From: Eledone cirrhosa
Lineage: Eukaryota
Reading direction: 5' to 3'
DNA length: 64,000 bases
Assembly (NCBI GenBank): GCA_964016885.1
Contig: OZ024744.1
Span: 38,812,001 to 38,876,000 of the forward strand
Shown here: positions 40,680 through 53,100 of the stretch, in pieces
Numbering within the stretch: the first letter of the stretch is position 1
How the letters are laid out: every line of letters begins with the position of its first letter
Translations under genes and position numbers: made by a program
Notes under the pieces: generated by a model
The model's input: only the letters and a program-made list of their open reading frames with translations
Told to the model about the DNA's origin: nothing
Database searches by the model: none

Positions 40680-40990
40680 ATTTCCTATTGGGAACGTAAA
40701 ACCGATGAATACATTGAAGGTTTTGTGGGTCAGCAGGAACCTCTCCTCGCCACTGTCAAGAGGAGGAAACTGGCTGGCGTCGTTTGGCCACGTCACACGA
40801 CATGACAGCCTGTGTAAAACCATCATGCAAGAAACCTTTGAATGTGGGTGCAGTAGGGCACACCAACACAAAAGCTGGGTGGACAATGTTAAAGGATGGA
40901 CGCAAATGACTACACTGGATTTGCAGACGGCCGCCGTTGATAGACTATTTTGAATGAGTGTTGCTTCTGCAACTACAGATGCCAATGGAC
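40680..40990 (+). mobile_element. RTE-clade LINE 3' fragment
   Basis: LASFGHVTRHDSLCKTIMQ...KSWVDNVKGWT, typical RTE C-terminus. Confidence 0.7.
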
Positions 40991-41032
40991 TGACCCCACC
41001 CGTCCCTTCAATCTATCTAATTTCTCATCCTT

Positions 41033-41068
41033 TCTTCTGATGAAGGACTAGCATCCGAAATGTTAAGA
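41033..41068 (+). ncRNA. Minimal hammerhead, family E (also 48373-48408 +, 17601-17636 -)
   Basis: Inferred consensus tctt-CTGATGA-agga(ctagcg)tcc-GAAAcgTT-aaga within about 170-bp modules ending at microsatellites. Confidence 0.7.
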
Positions 41069-41153
41069 TCCTCTTCCTGCTATTTCAAGCTATTTAACCT
41101 ACTATATTCCTTCCATTTAGTGTACCGATTGTCTTGTTATTTCTGTTTACCTT

Positions 41154-41221
<68 letters not shown>

Positions 41222-42215
41222 TAAGCACGCATACAAATGCATACTTGCATCTCAACATGTAAACATCTACACATCTATATAGACGCGCTTACACATTAAA
41301 AAACATAGCCACACATCAACACAGATATCACAATATAACAGCCAGTGAGAACGCAAGCAGCACAATTTTAGCACAGTAAACATAGAAACATAGTTATTTA
41401 ACTTGCTCTATTGGTGTTTTAAAAAGCAAAATGATATAAGGAACATTAACACATTACCGCACACACACACATACACACACACACACATACATACACATAC
41501 ACACACACCTACACACACATACACACACACACACACACACATACACACATGTATATACACACACGCACACACATACACACCCATACACACACATATATAT
41601 ATATATTGAGTGTGTTGGTTTCCAGTTCCTTTGAGAGCTAAAAACACACCCAGGAACTGGACATATTGATGAATTAACAGGGTAGAACCCATTACAACAC
41701 CATGTTGACCTGTTTTTTCTACATTAATTCTTACTGCCTGATGAGGTCACAGCCAATAAATGGCTGTCACTAAATATATATAGCAGAGAATTAGAATAAA
41801 CGAAGCCAACTTTAATATGTTTGACATACACATATTATTTTATATATATATATATATATATTCACGCCAATGGTAGGACGCTAGCATGTTGTTAGTAGTT
41901 TTAGAATTGCAGCACGTGCGACGGGTCTCTCGCAGATTTGTATTTGATGCGTAAACACAGACAGTTATTTCTTCCTCCTTGCTGATGATTTAAGATTTAA
42001 CTGCTGTGATTTTACGGATTTTTAGTGAAATATATTTCTTTAATGAAATATATACAAGGAGGATTAATCATTTCTTAAAAGGTAATATTTGAAGATCTAG
42101 TTTAACTTTAATTAGTTACCGACCTAGCTGTGTGTGTTTACACACTTTACAAATTATCCCCTGTGATTGTTTCATGTGTTTATTTTAAATATATATATGT
42201 CAATCAATTTCTAGA

Positions 42216-42260
<45 letters not shown>

Positions 42261-42443
42261 AAAAACGCCCGAGGCCACCCTGGAGGATATCAACATCAGG
42301 GCTTATGAGATCGTTTCTGGTCTTGGTATAGATGATAGGACGGCCCCATACCAACCAAGGGAGCCGAGGATTACCATTAAGGACCACAAACCAAACTTCG
42401 AGTCTAACCTGCCGGTCAGACTGATAGCCCCTCCCGGTCGGAC

Positions 42444-44468
42444 ATGGGGATTATTAACAAAAGCATTTTAGATATAATCCTGCCCACACTTAAGAGTAAA
42501 ATAAGGTTAAAACTCTGGTCCTGCACCAGCCAGGTGCTGGACTGGTTTACATTTTTACCTGAAAAACATAGGACTAGCTTCATACAACTAGACATCAATA
42601 ATTATTACTCCTCTATCTCGCCCATAGTCCTGAACAAGGCACTCATATTCGAGATGAATAGGACTGACCTAACACGCGACGAGGTCCGAATCATACACGG
42701 CGCCAGAAAGACCCTGATCCGATTCGGTGGGGATATATGGACCCGGGGCGACTGGCCAAATAATTTTGACATTACAATGGACTCCAGTGACTCCGCGCAG
42801 CTAACGGACTTGGTTGGGATATACCTACTCTACGAGATCAGGAGAGAAATACCCAACCTGGGAGGCGGGCTGTACCGAGACGACGCACTCGTCACCGTAG
42901 TGGACCACAGCACCACAATGGTCGAAATTATGAAGAGGAGAATTAGGCACTTCTTTAGCAAGGTAGGACTTAAGGTAGAGATGGAACCCAATAGAAAAGT
43001 AGTGAATTTCCTGGACACCACCCTCAACCTCAACACCAAGCTACACCACCCATATCATAAACCCAATGAGAAGCTGGTGTATATCAACGCTGAGTCTAAC
43101 CACCCTATATCTATAGTTAAGGCCGTAGTTAAGAGTGTCTCTGACAGGATCTCTAACTTGTCAGCCAATGAAGAGATCTTCAATAGTTACGCTGACTACT
43201 ATAACTCAGCTCTAGCTAAGGCGTCCCACACCGATAAGATCAGTTATAACCCTAAGGGACATGATCGAGATGACCCAAGGGTACCCCATACCAATACCCT
43301 CAGGGGCATGAGTCGCCCACCTAATACCTCGGTGACCGGTAGTAACACTCCCAGACCCCTATCCGTCACCACACCCGGTAGAAGGTCCCGCATATGCCAC
43401 CGGTCTAATACCTACAACGCTGAAGACCACTGTGCTGCGGAGCATAGGCACCCCTGCACCGGCCCCACCACCCACCGAATCCTAATTGAGCAGGGAGGCC
43501 GCACCTCGAGGGTTTATAGCCCCACGGTGGGCCTATATAACCCTCATGATAGTGACCGCTCCGCACACCCAAGTGACACCAACCGAGCTCGACCTGAGCT
43601 GTGTAGAACCACGCGATGGCCCACGGCGACCACCCAACAACCCCACAAAAATAGGACCAGGAAGTTCACATGGTATAACCCCCTGTACTCGGTGGGTCTA
43701 CGTACCAGCCTGGCTAGAACATTCTTTAGAGTACTAGATATATGTTTCCCTAGGGCCCATAAGTACCATAAAATATTCAACAGGCACACGGTGAAACTTT
43801 CCTACTCAACCACACGCTCCGTAGCCCAGCACATAGCTGGCATAAATAGGAATAGGCTCACTGCCTCTAATACCACCGTAAACCCCGGAGCCACCCAACA
43901 GAACCAGCACGCGGGACGAATCGGAACCCGGACAGGCCCAACCAGTACACCGGAACTCAACGACCCTGTGCGGATTGCGGAGGCTACCCAGCCAACCCCG
44001 AGTGATGCTAACCACGCGGTACATGTGGTGGGGCTTAAGAAGTCATGTAATTGCAGAGACCCGTCGCTATGCCCCCTTAGTAATGAATGCATGACCAAAA
44101 ACGTGGTCTACAGGTGCAAGGTCACAACCCCTAACTCGGAGAACCACTACATAGGATCCACAGCGACGAGCTTCAAAGCTCGGTGGTATAACCATCGCCA
44201 TTCCTTTAACAGAATAGATAAGAGGAAATGTACGGCCCTTTCTGAACTGATCTGGAAGCTGAAACTTGAAAAGACCCTGCACTCTCTGGTCTGGTCCGTG
44301 GTTAGAAAGGTTCCCCCAGACAGAGGCAGGTCGGATATTTGCAACCTCTGTCTTAGTGAGACACTCGAGATCCTTCATTGCGGAACCAAGCTATTAAACA
44401 GAAGGGCCGACTTATTCAGTGCCTGCAGACACATAAGGACGGGAACTTTCCTCAAGCTATATGGATAA
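42444..44468 (+). CDS. Penelope-like RT and GIY-YIG endonuclease (partial; upstream part frameshifted at about 42435)
   Basis: ITIKDHKPNF (upstream frame), DINNYY, GLYRDD, NFLD, YINAESNHP; CNC..CPL..C, VVY..YIG, R..NH, CNLC, CRH. Confidence 0.88.
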   Translation: MGIINKSILDIILPTLKSKIRLKLWSCTSQVLDWFTFLPEKHRTSFIQLDINNYYSSISPIVLNKALIFEMNRTDLTRDEVRIIHGARKTLIRFGGDIWTRGDWPNNFDITMDSSDSAQLTDLVGIYLLYEIRREIPNLGGGLYRDDALVTVVDHSTTMVEIMKRRIRHFFSKVGLKVEMEPNRKVVNFLDTTLNLNTKLHHPYHKPNEKLVYINAESNHPISIVKAVVKSVSDRISNLSANEEIFNSYADYYNSALAKASHTDKISYNPKGHDRDDPRVPHTNTLRGMSRPPNTSVTGSNTPRPLSVTTPGRRSRICHRSNTYNAEDHCAAEHRHPCTGPTTHRILIEQGGRTSRVYSPTVGLYNPHDSDRSAHPSDTNRARPELCRTTRWPTATTQQPHKNRTRKFTWYNPLYSVGLRTSLARTFFRVLDICFPRAHKYHKIFNRHTVKLSYSTTRSVAQHIAGINRNRLTASNTTVNPGATQQNQHAGRIGTRTGPTSTPELNDPVRIAEATQPTPSDANHAVHVVGLKKSCNCRDPSLCPLSNECMTKNVVYRCKVTTPNSENHYIGSTATSFKARWYNHRHSFNRIDKRKCTALSELIWKLKLEKTLHSLVWSVVRKVPPDRGRSDICNLCLSETLEILHCGTKLLNRRADLFSACRHIRTGTFLKLYG

Positions 44469-45550
44469 ACCCCGGTTACGGCCTCCCACAAGGTCCCCTA
44501 CCAATGACCAATGGACAACAACAACCACCCATGGTTTGCGGTCCTTATGATGGATGGTCCACCGGATCCTCTACTGGTTAGGAGTCATCTAAACAATGTT
44601 TTATTGAACCTGATTTTATATATATATGTATATATGTATCATGTGTATATATATATCTGTATTTTATGTGTATGTATGCATATTTTTTTTGTATATGTGT
44701 GTGCGTGTCTGTATGTATATATTTTATATATATATATGTGTGTATGTGTGTGTGTATTTATATATATATATATATATGTATGTTTTACGTGTGTATATAT
44801 TTTGTGTGTGCGTATTCTATGTATATATATATTTTTTTTATATTTTTGTATGTATATATTTTATATATATGTATGTTCTGTATATATTTTATATATATAT
44901 ATATGTGTGTGTGTATGCTTGTGCGTACATACATGCATATGTATATATATACACCTGTATGGATTTGTGTGTGTTGATGTGTGAGTGTTTGAGGGGGTAG
45001 GTGTGAGTGTATGTACAAGTGAACCAGCATAAACCCTTTATTTCTAAATTTTCTAAACTATATAAGACTCTAACCATTATATTAAGTATTACCACCCCAC
45101 TCTTTGTATGTGTGGAAGTGTGTGTGTGTCTGTGGAGGTGTGTGTGAGTGTAGTGCAAGCCAACCTACATAAGCCTTTTATTTGTAAACTTTCTACTCCA
45201 ACCATAATTTTCAGTAGCACCACTCCACATAAATTCCTCAATTTAAGAATGACCTGTAGTATCTATTTCATACTATTAACCTTATTTGAAAATATATCTG
45301 ACCAAGAATGCGTTTTGTGAAAATCAGTCATGTGGAACTATTGTCATCCTGTCTGACGGTTTGAACTTTACAATGCCACCTGCCTCTTTGAGGTCAAATA
45401 CCAACCTACTATCATCTACAAACTGACCAATGAGAATCAAGACTATTCCGGCTGACAACATCAGAATATTCCTAACAAGCTCATATGTCCCAAGGCTCTG
45501 ATACCATCAACACTATACACACAGAGCTGGCATATCTAAGAACTGACTAA

Positions 45551-45604
45551 CTGCCTGATGAAGTCATAGCCATTCAATGGCTATCATCGAAATATATATA
45601 GCAT
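45551..45604 (+). ncRNA. Type I hammerhead, family A (damaged relatives 41734-41786 +, 12501-12559 -)
   Basis: tgc-CTGATGA-..atagcca/tggctat..-GAAA-tatata-TA-gca; compensatory C-G to T-A change in stem II relative to 702-756. Confidence 0.8.
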
Positions 45605-46064
45605 TAAATAAAGGATTATGAGTTCATGCAATTGACTTATGTTTCGTCACTATATATATATATATATAACGTAGGAGTTGTGGTAAGGAACCAGATGAAC
45701 CATAACGCACCAGAGTACTCAATACTTAGGGTAGTAGAGTGGGTAATAGGAGAAAGTATGACCCCGACGGCAGAGCTCAAGCCGTTTCGACGGCTATTTC
45801 TGGACTAAATTAGAATTTTTAGCCTGGTGAAAAAATTCTAATTTAGTCCAGAAACAGCCGTCGAAACGGCTTGAGCTCTGCCGTCAGGGTCATACTTTTT
45901 CCTATTTCCCACTCTACTACCCTAAGTATTAAGTACTCTGGTGCGTTATGGTCCATCTGGTCCCTTACCACAATTCCTTTGTTAGTCCAGAATTAGCCGT
46001 CGAAACGGCTTGAGCTCAGCTGTCGGGGTCTTACTGGTTCCTATATATATATATATATATATAT

Positions 46065-47600
46065 ACCATCAAATTTTAAATAGATCAACGGTCAAATTCT
46101 CCTACTCAATAACCAAAAATATACAACAAAATATAAGTACCTATAATGCATATAAATGTAAAATAAACATGAATATACCACCAATACATCAAACTAACCA
46201 TAATACTAAAATAAACCACAGTAAACCACCATCTCATTCACATACAACAAGTCGAGAAAATTCCACACCTAATTTGACTATCTCCTCTGATACAACATTC
46301 ACGAAACAAAGCAAATTGCCCATTAAAAGGAAATTGCCTTATTAATAACATAGTATATAAATGTAAAATTAACACTAAGGACTCAACTTATTCATATATA
46401 GGAGCTACTTCTAACCAATTTGAAGTAAGATTTAATACCCACAAACACAGTTTTAAAAATGCCGCATTAGCTAATACAACATCCCTAGCTGAAATAATTA
46501 ATAATTATAGAAAAAAGAATATCGATTATAACCTGACCTGGAGTGTGCTCAAAAGGGCAACCCCTTATCAAAATAATAGATATCAATGTAGATTATGTTC
46601 CCAGGAACTTTTTGAAATAATGTAATCATAAAATTAGAAGAACTTTTAAATATTATAAACCTAATTAATATACACTTTACAAATTATTATAATAAAACTT
46701 TTTTAAAATTAGTTAACCTATAATTAATATTCTACTACTAATGAATTGCATAATTTTATTTCCCTTTTACAGCTATCTTTTCCTAAAATTTATACCAATA
46801 AGTATACATATAAACTATTTTAATTTCAGGTTATGAATCAATATTCCTTATAATTTATATAAATGTGTTATATCTCACTAATACATTTAACCCCCCCCCC
46901 CCCGCTTTCCCCCAATAATTATTATTTATTTTTTTATTTTCCCTTCGTTTTTAACAACATTCTTCAATTACTTCTAACTCTTATTTATCATATCTATATG
47001 AATTAATATAAATTTATCAATATAAATATACCTATCAATTTAATTAATTTATTTTCTTCTTATAGATGTAAATTCCTTATGTTTTAAATAAGATTGATAT
47101 TTTTCACTAATACATTTATCGTATAATTTTATTCTCCTTAGATTTTTACATTAGCATTATTCTTTTATAACATCAAATTTTCGTGTACCTTTTACCGGCT
47201 TGACCTATTTTCATCCCCAAAGTAATCTTTTCATTCAAAATACTCTTTCCATTCAAAACTGAAGTCTGCTTTCCTCTACCCCTAAATTAAAGTTCCATTA
47301 CTACTATTCTACCATCTTGACTACTTACTACCTTTCTATTGGTCAATTCAAAACCTGTTCCCAAACAGACCTATTAAATCTTTGTTGGTTTTTTTCAATA
47401 AACAAATATCATTATTTCTGAAGACAGCATATATATGTGTAGGTATGTATATTCCCTCTGATAGTTTGTAAAAATATTACATAGATCTATATGATATACA
47501 AACCAACACACACATATATACCCTAGAAACGATCGTAAAATGATGAATTTTTTAATATAAGGAACTGTTTCTTTGTTTTTATTTATTATTTTTATTAATT
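46065..47600 (+). mobile_element. Second, AT-rich Penelope-like (Naiad-type) 3' remnant
   Basis: ILNRSTVKFSYS, then frameshifted NCPLKGNC..IVYKC..YIGATS..RFNTH..CRLC (to 46625); hammerhead at 47409-47546; (TA)n on both sides. Confidence 0.8.
47409..47546 (+). ncRNA. Type I hammerhead with about 100-nt stem II
   Basis: tcattattt-CTGAAGA-[101 nt]-GAAA-cgatcg-TA-aaatgatga; 9-bp stem I, palindromic stem III. Confidence 0.7.
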
Positions 47601-47887
47601 TATATATATATATATAGATATATTTATATATAAGAAAGTAAGATCCCCGCCAGAAACGAATTCAAAATGGCTAAGAATTGTCACATGGCCAGTGGTCAAG
47701 TCAGAAAGCTTGTGAATGGTGCATGACGGCGAGTAGGCTGGTTGCTAGAAAGTACAGCCGAATACTGCCTAAAGTTTTACTCAACCTTACGGGAGTATAT
47801 AAAATATAGAAGTTTACATACACATAAACTAGACAGAGCCATATATATATATTTATATATATATGCGTATATGTGTGAGTGTGTGTA

Positions 47888-47924
<37 letters not shown>

Positions 47925-48112
47925 ATATGTATATACACACACACACTTATATATATATATGGAAGGATTTAGGACCCCGACAGTTGAGCTGCGGCCATTT
48001 CGACAGCTAGATCCGAACTAAGCTACCATACATATATATATATATTCTTTTACTCGCACATATACACACATTTCTTCTTAGCTTCGTACGAACCTATAAT
48101 AACAGACACGCG

Positions 48113-48157
<45 letters not shown>

Positions 48158-49269
48158 TCAAGTATAGCTCTTTTTACAAAACGTTTTTTTTTCCATTTCA
48201 GGTAGACGCGCGTCATCATCCACTTTTCTAAAAAAAACAAATCACACAAAACGCCAGCAAAAACAGTTTTACAAGAGATGTCAACATGAATGAACCTATT
48301 ATTTTTATCTAAAGACATTTTTTTCTAATTCCATCCCGCCCGTGCCCTTAATCTATTTTATTTCTCATTCTTTCTTCTGATGAAGGATTTGCGTCCGAAA
48401 AGTTAAGACCCTCTGCCTGCTATATCAAGCGTTAACCTAATATATCCCTTCCGTATACTGTACTGATTGCGTTGTTATTTCTGTTTACCTTTTTACATAT
48501 ATATATATATATCTTTGTATGTATGTATATATATGCGTGTATGTATATATATATGCATGTCTATATGTATGTACATGTGTGTGTTTGTGTACGCGTGCGT
48601 ACGTGTCAAATGTTTTTTTTATGAATCAGCCAAAAATAAGGAGGATGTGTCTAGTTAGTTTGGAGGATATAACGACCAGCTCAATGACGCAGAAAGCAGT
48701 TGGATCAAAGAATAGCGATTTAATCATATGGCAGGTAATGCGGGTGATTGTGTAGATTGGGGCTTATATTCTGTGTGAAAGGCGGGTATTTAATGAAAAG
48801 GCAGTCGACACACCTGTGCAGATATATACAGGTAGACATGCATACACATTTCCATTTTATACATATTCATAAATATATATATATATATATAAACGTTACG
48901 TTTCGCTTTTTCTACCCGCCGAAATACGATTCTCGCTGGATTTATATATGTGTGCGTGTGCGTGTGCGTGTGCGTGTGCGTGTGCGTTATTGATTAGGCT
49001 CAGGTTCGAGCGTTTCACAGATGATTGGCTCAAGATTCATTATTGTGTAAAAGTCTTGACACCAGCCACAATATGCTCTTGTTAATCAGGCATACCATTA
49101 ATTCATCAAGTATGTATATGTCTATATATGCTACAAATGTATGTGTATATATATAAATATATCTTGTGACGCTAAACTCCACCAGTTGCAGACTGGGCAT
49201 TAACATGTGATATCTCTCTCCACAAAGTTCGATCACCAGCAGCAGAGTTCAAAGAGCAAAGATCAATTC

Positions 49270-49625
49270 CAGTTCATAAGTTGACATTGTCAAGCCATCG
49301 TTTTGGTTGCCGGCCTCTGTTTCTCTTACCAGCCAACCTTCCTTCCAGGCATAACCTTCTCACACAACCACTTTATCTTTTTATACGGCCGTATAGTTTG
49401 AGTATTCTTGACTTGACAATTGATGTAATTGGTCTACGTTTGGTAATGTTGAGCTACTCACTGATACAGATACGGTCGCTGAGCCGTTTGCCAGTCATAA
49501 GTCTCATTCTGTGGTTCTGGAATGAAGAGAGCTTCTGAAGTAACCTTGTCATCCAATTAACACAGTCAAGACCATACAACACAACTGGTAAGATGTAAGT
49601 ATCAAAGATATTAGCCTTCAATATA
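49270..49625 (-). mobile_element. RTE-like LINE 3' fragment
   Basis: FDTYILPVVLYGLDCVNW...FQNHRMRLMTG..LSDRI. Confidence 0.65.
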
Positions 49626-50095
49626 TATATGTGTGGGGGGGGGTACATACTCGGGAGTGTGAACAGATGTGTGAAATACCAAACCCAACATGGTTCTATT
49701 GAAGTGTGTCGGACGGAAAAATGGCTGATGATCAATGTAGCAGTAAATAGTGACCAGAATTTATGATGACGTAGAAAAACAACAGCCAATGGCATGACAA
49801 GAGTGGAAGATGTTTTTTTAAGGTGTTTTTGATGATAACACCCCAGTGAGAAAATTTGCTCCGAAAGAATTGCATGTGTCCGAAGGAACCTGCAGCCGTA
49901 GAATCAGACAGATCCATATAGTGATCATGTCTCGAGCTAACTGCCGGCGAAACATTTGTAATACGCAATAAACTGAGTCCAGGTGCATCATTGATTTTTC
50001 GTTTTGTATACTATTCACACTCTGCTCTATAATAATATTGCATGCTAATTTTGGCATACCGCCTATGGAAGCACCATAGCTACCATTATACACAC

Positions 50096-50152
<57 letters not shown>

Positions 50153-53100
50153 TGTTGTATTCCTCTCGGTACTCGCAGAGAAAACACAACGAGTTATATC
50201 AAATAATTTGTGTAATTTGCGAAACAACCAAAACGCCCCTCCTCGCAGTAGCAGAATAACTTAAAGTAAGTAAGTAGCAGTCTGTGACCGAGTTTTTAAT
50301 ACCAACGCTGACTGACTGCCCAGGTCACGTGATTCATATGCAAATGTGTGAGCACGTGTAAATTGAATAGAAATTTAACAGTCCATACAACAATGAGGTT
50401 GTGAGTTCGATTCCCAGTCCATACAACACCTCCCCACCGAAATTGATGCGACAAAAGAAGCATCAACAGCAAAGTCTCTCTGGGGGTTTACGAGTTCACT
50501 TGGACCGTCTTCGATTGTCTGGTTCATACTCTGGAACGGGCAACAAGGTCTTGGGTCTGGTCTGTCTTGGAGTTAATGGCACGATTTCCGAGATCTCCAT
50601 CGGGTGATCTGTTGCAAATTCAAAAACAGTGTCTACTGCATCACCAAGTTGTCTTCCTCAGTAGTGTACCGCGGTCGCAGCTGTTCCCAGTGTCGTCTCC
50701 ACACCGGGCCATGAGGTATGACCTTAACGTTGAAGCAGCGAGTACCCAATGACTTCTTAATGATTGCTGGTACCCATCGGGGATCTTTGTCTCGGCGAGG
50801 TCCGTAGTACAGTGCATACACAGGATCTCCAGCCTTGTACTGCTTGGTAACCTTAGCGACACCTGCCGAGTCCGGAGTCATCTGAGACTTATATGCTTCC
50901 TTAGACTGCTTGCCTTGAGCGATGTGTGCTGGCGAGGGCAGCAGAGAATCAATCCTTGTCCGTATCTGCCGGTGATTCAAAAGTTCACCCGGAGAGAATC
51001 CACTGGATGTCGGTGTTCTCCGGTACTGCATCAAGAACTCTTGAAGTGCTCGCTTCGGCGGAAGAGAAGTCTTCCTCAGAGCTTGTTTGAAGGTCTGCAC
51101 CAAACGTTCCGCTGCTCCGTTAGTAGCTGGGTGGTAAGGTGCCCCTGTCAGGTGCGTGATCCCACGTTCTTTGCACCAGCTCTGGAACTCCTTAAAAATA
51201 AAAGTTGGTGCGTTATCGGTGACTAGCGTGTGAGGAAATCCGAAGTGCGCAAAGTCTTCTTCAAGCAGATCTAAAGTGGCTCTGGAGGACGTGGATGACG
51301 TAGGATGAATGCATGGATACTTGGAATAAGCATCCGTGATCACCAACCAATTACTGCCCATGACATTTATTGCGTGGTCCAGGTGTAAGCGGCTCCACGG
51401 TTTTTCAGGTAACATCCATGGGTGAATTGGAGACTTGGATGGCTGGTTTTGATGTTCACCACACGAATCACATTGTCGACTGGTTTTCTCTATAGCAGCA
51501 TCGATACCAGGCCAATAAACAGCAGTTCTTGCCAATTGTTTCATGCGCTCCATGCCAAAGTGTCCGAGATGCAGAAGTTTGAGGATCTTTGGCTGTAAGC
51601 TATGTGGAATCACAACTCTCGATCCATGGATAAGGCATCCGTGGCAGATACTGAGTGAATCCGATAACTTCCGGAACTTATTGACTTCGTCATTGATCTC
51701 AGTATTCTTTGGTGGCCAGCCTTCACGGACGTAGCGTATCACTGTAGATATCACTGGATCTTTCCCTGACTCTTGACGGAGGACGTTAGCATCGATAGGT
51801 TGGACTTGAAGACAGAGCTTTGATGGCGCACACCATGTCCATGTCTTCACCATTTTCCTTCCTGTCAAAGTCGATGTCATTACCAAATGGCAAGCGACTG
51901 AGGGCATCTGCTTTGCCATGATCCGCTGTTTTCCGATATTCGATGGTGTAGAGAAACTGGTTCAGCCACAGGGCCCACCGTGCTAGTCGGTTAGCAGCGA
52001 GAAGTGGCGTCCCTTTCCTCGGACTGAACAGTGATGTCAGTGGCTTGTGGTCAGTTACGAGTATAAACTGATGTCCGTACAGATACTGATAGAACTTCTG
52101 CAAGCCAAATATGATGGCCAGGGCTTCCTTTTGAATTTGGCCGTAGTTACGCTGTGCAGAAGTAAGAGTCTTGGACACATTGGATATTGGGCGCTCGCTT
52201 CCATCAGGATAACGATGAAACAGGACTGCTCCAATACCAACGTTTGACGCGTCGCAAGCCAGTCCCAAAGTTTTGTTTGGATCGAAGTGTAACAGAACTC
52301 GATCCGATGAAAGCACATTTTTCAACTGATCGAAAGCTGACTGTTCTTCATCTCCCCACTTCCAAGTAGTCGTTTTTTTCGTAAGGCAATAGAGTGGCTC
52401 TGCCATGCTGGCCAGGTTTGGGATAAACTTTCCATAGAACTGAACTGAACCCAGGAAAGACTTCAAGCTTGAGACGTTCGTTGGAGGTGGCATCTTTAAA
52501 ACTGCTTCGACCTTGGATCCCTTCGCGATCCCTTCAGCCGACAAGGTGTGTCCAAGGTATTCCACACTGGGTAGTGCAAACTGGCACTTGTCACGGCGAC
52601 ATCTGAGTCCTTTGTCGCACAGACGTGTGAGCAGACATTTTAGGTTGTTCAGGTGATCGTTTGCATCTTTCCCACTGACGAGCATGTCGTCCTGGAAGAC
52701 GGCCACACCAGGTAGATCTTGAGTCAGGTTTTCCATGATCTCCTGAAAGTAACCAGGTGCTGACTTGATTCCGAAAGGGAGTCGTTCCTGCAGGAGCACA
52801 CCACGGTGAGTGCTGAGTGCAAGCCTGCGTTGACTTTCTGGAGCCAGCTTGATCTGATTATAGGCATCAGCAAGATCAATCTTTGTGTATCCGAATCCAC
52901 CTCCGAGCTTCTGCATCAGTTCCTCTGGGAGTGGCATTGGATGACGATGATCTGCAGGTTGGTCATTAATTCCCACAGAGTAGTCACCACAAATCCGTAG
53001 TTTGGGCTTCAGGTTGCCTGAAGTATGTGCTTTACGAATCGGTACCACTGGCGTTCCGTATTCGTTGAACTGTATTGGCTTCCAGATTCCTTTGGCGATG

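Larger units (their letters stand above)
42258..45640 (+). mobile_element. 5'-truncated Penelope-like element (Naiad-type) with probable 3' pseudo-LTR
   Basis: Starts at (TA)n; RT plus GIY-YIG frame; hammerhead at 45551-45604 followed by AATAAA and (TA)n. Linkage of this hammerhead to the ORF is inferred. Confidence 0.8.

Noticed and set aside
50393-50416. tRNA gene
   Set aside because: Only a T-arm/B-box-like fragment; no cloverleaf. The SINE heads elsewhere are likewise not tRNA genes.
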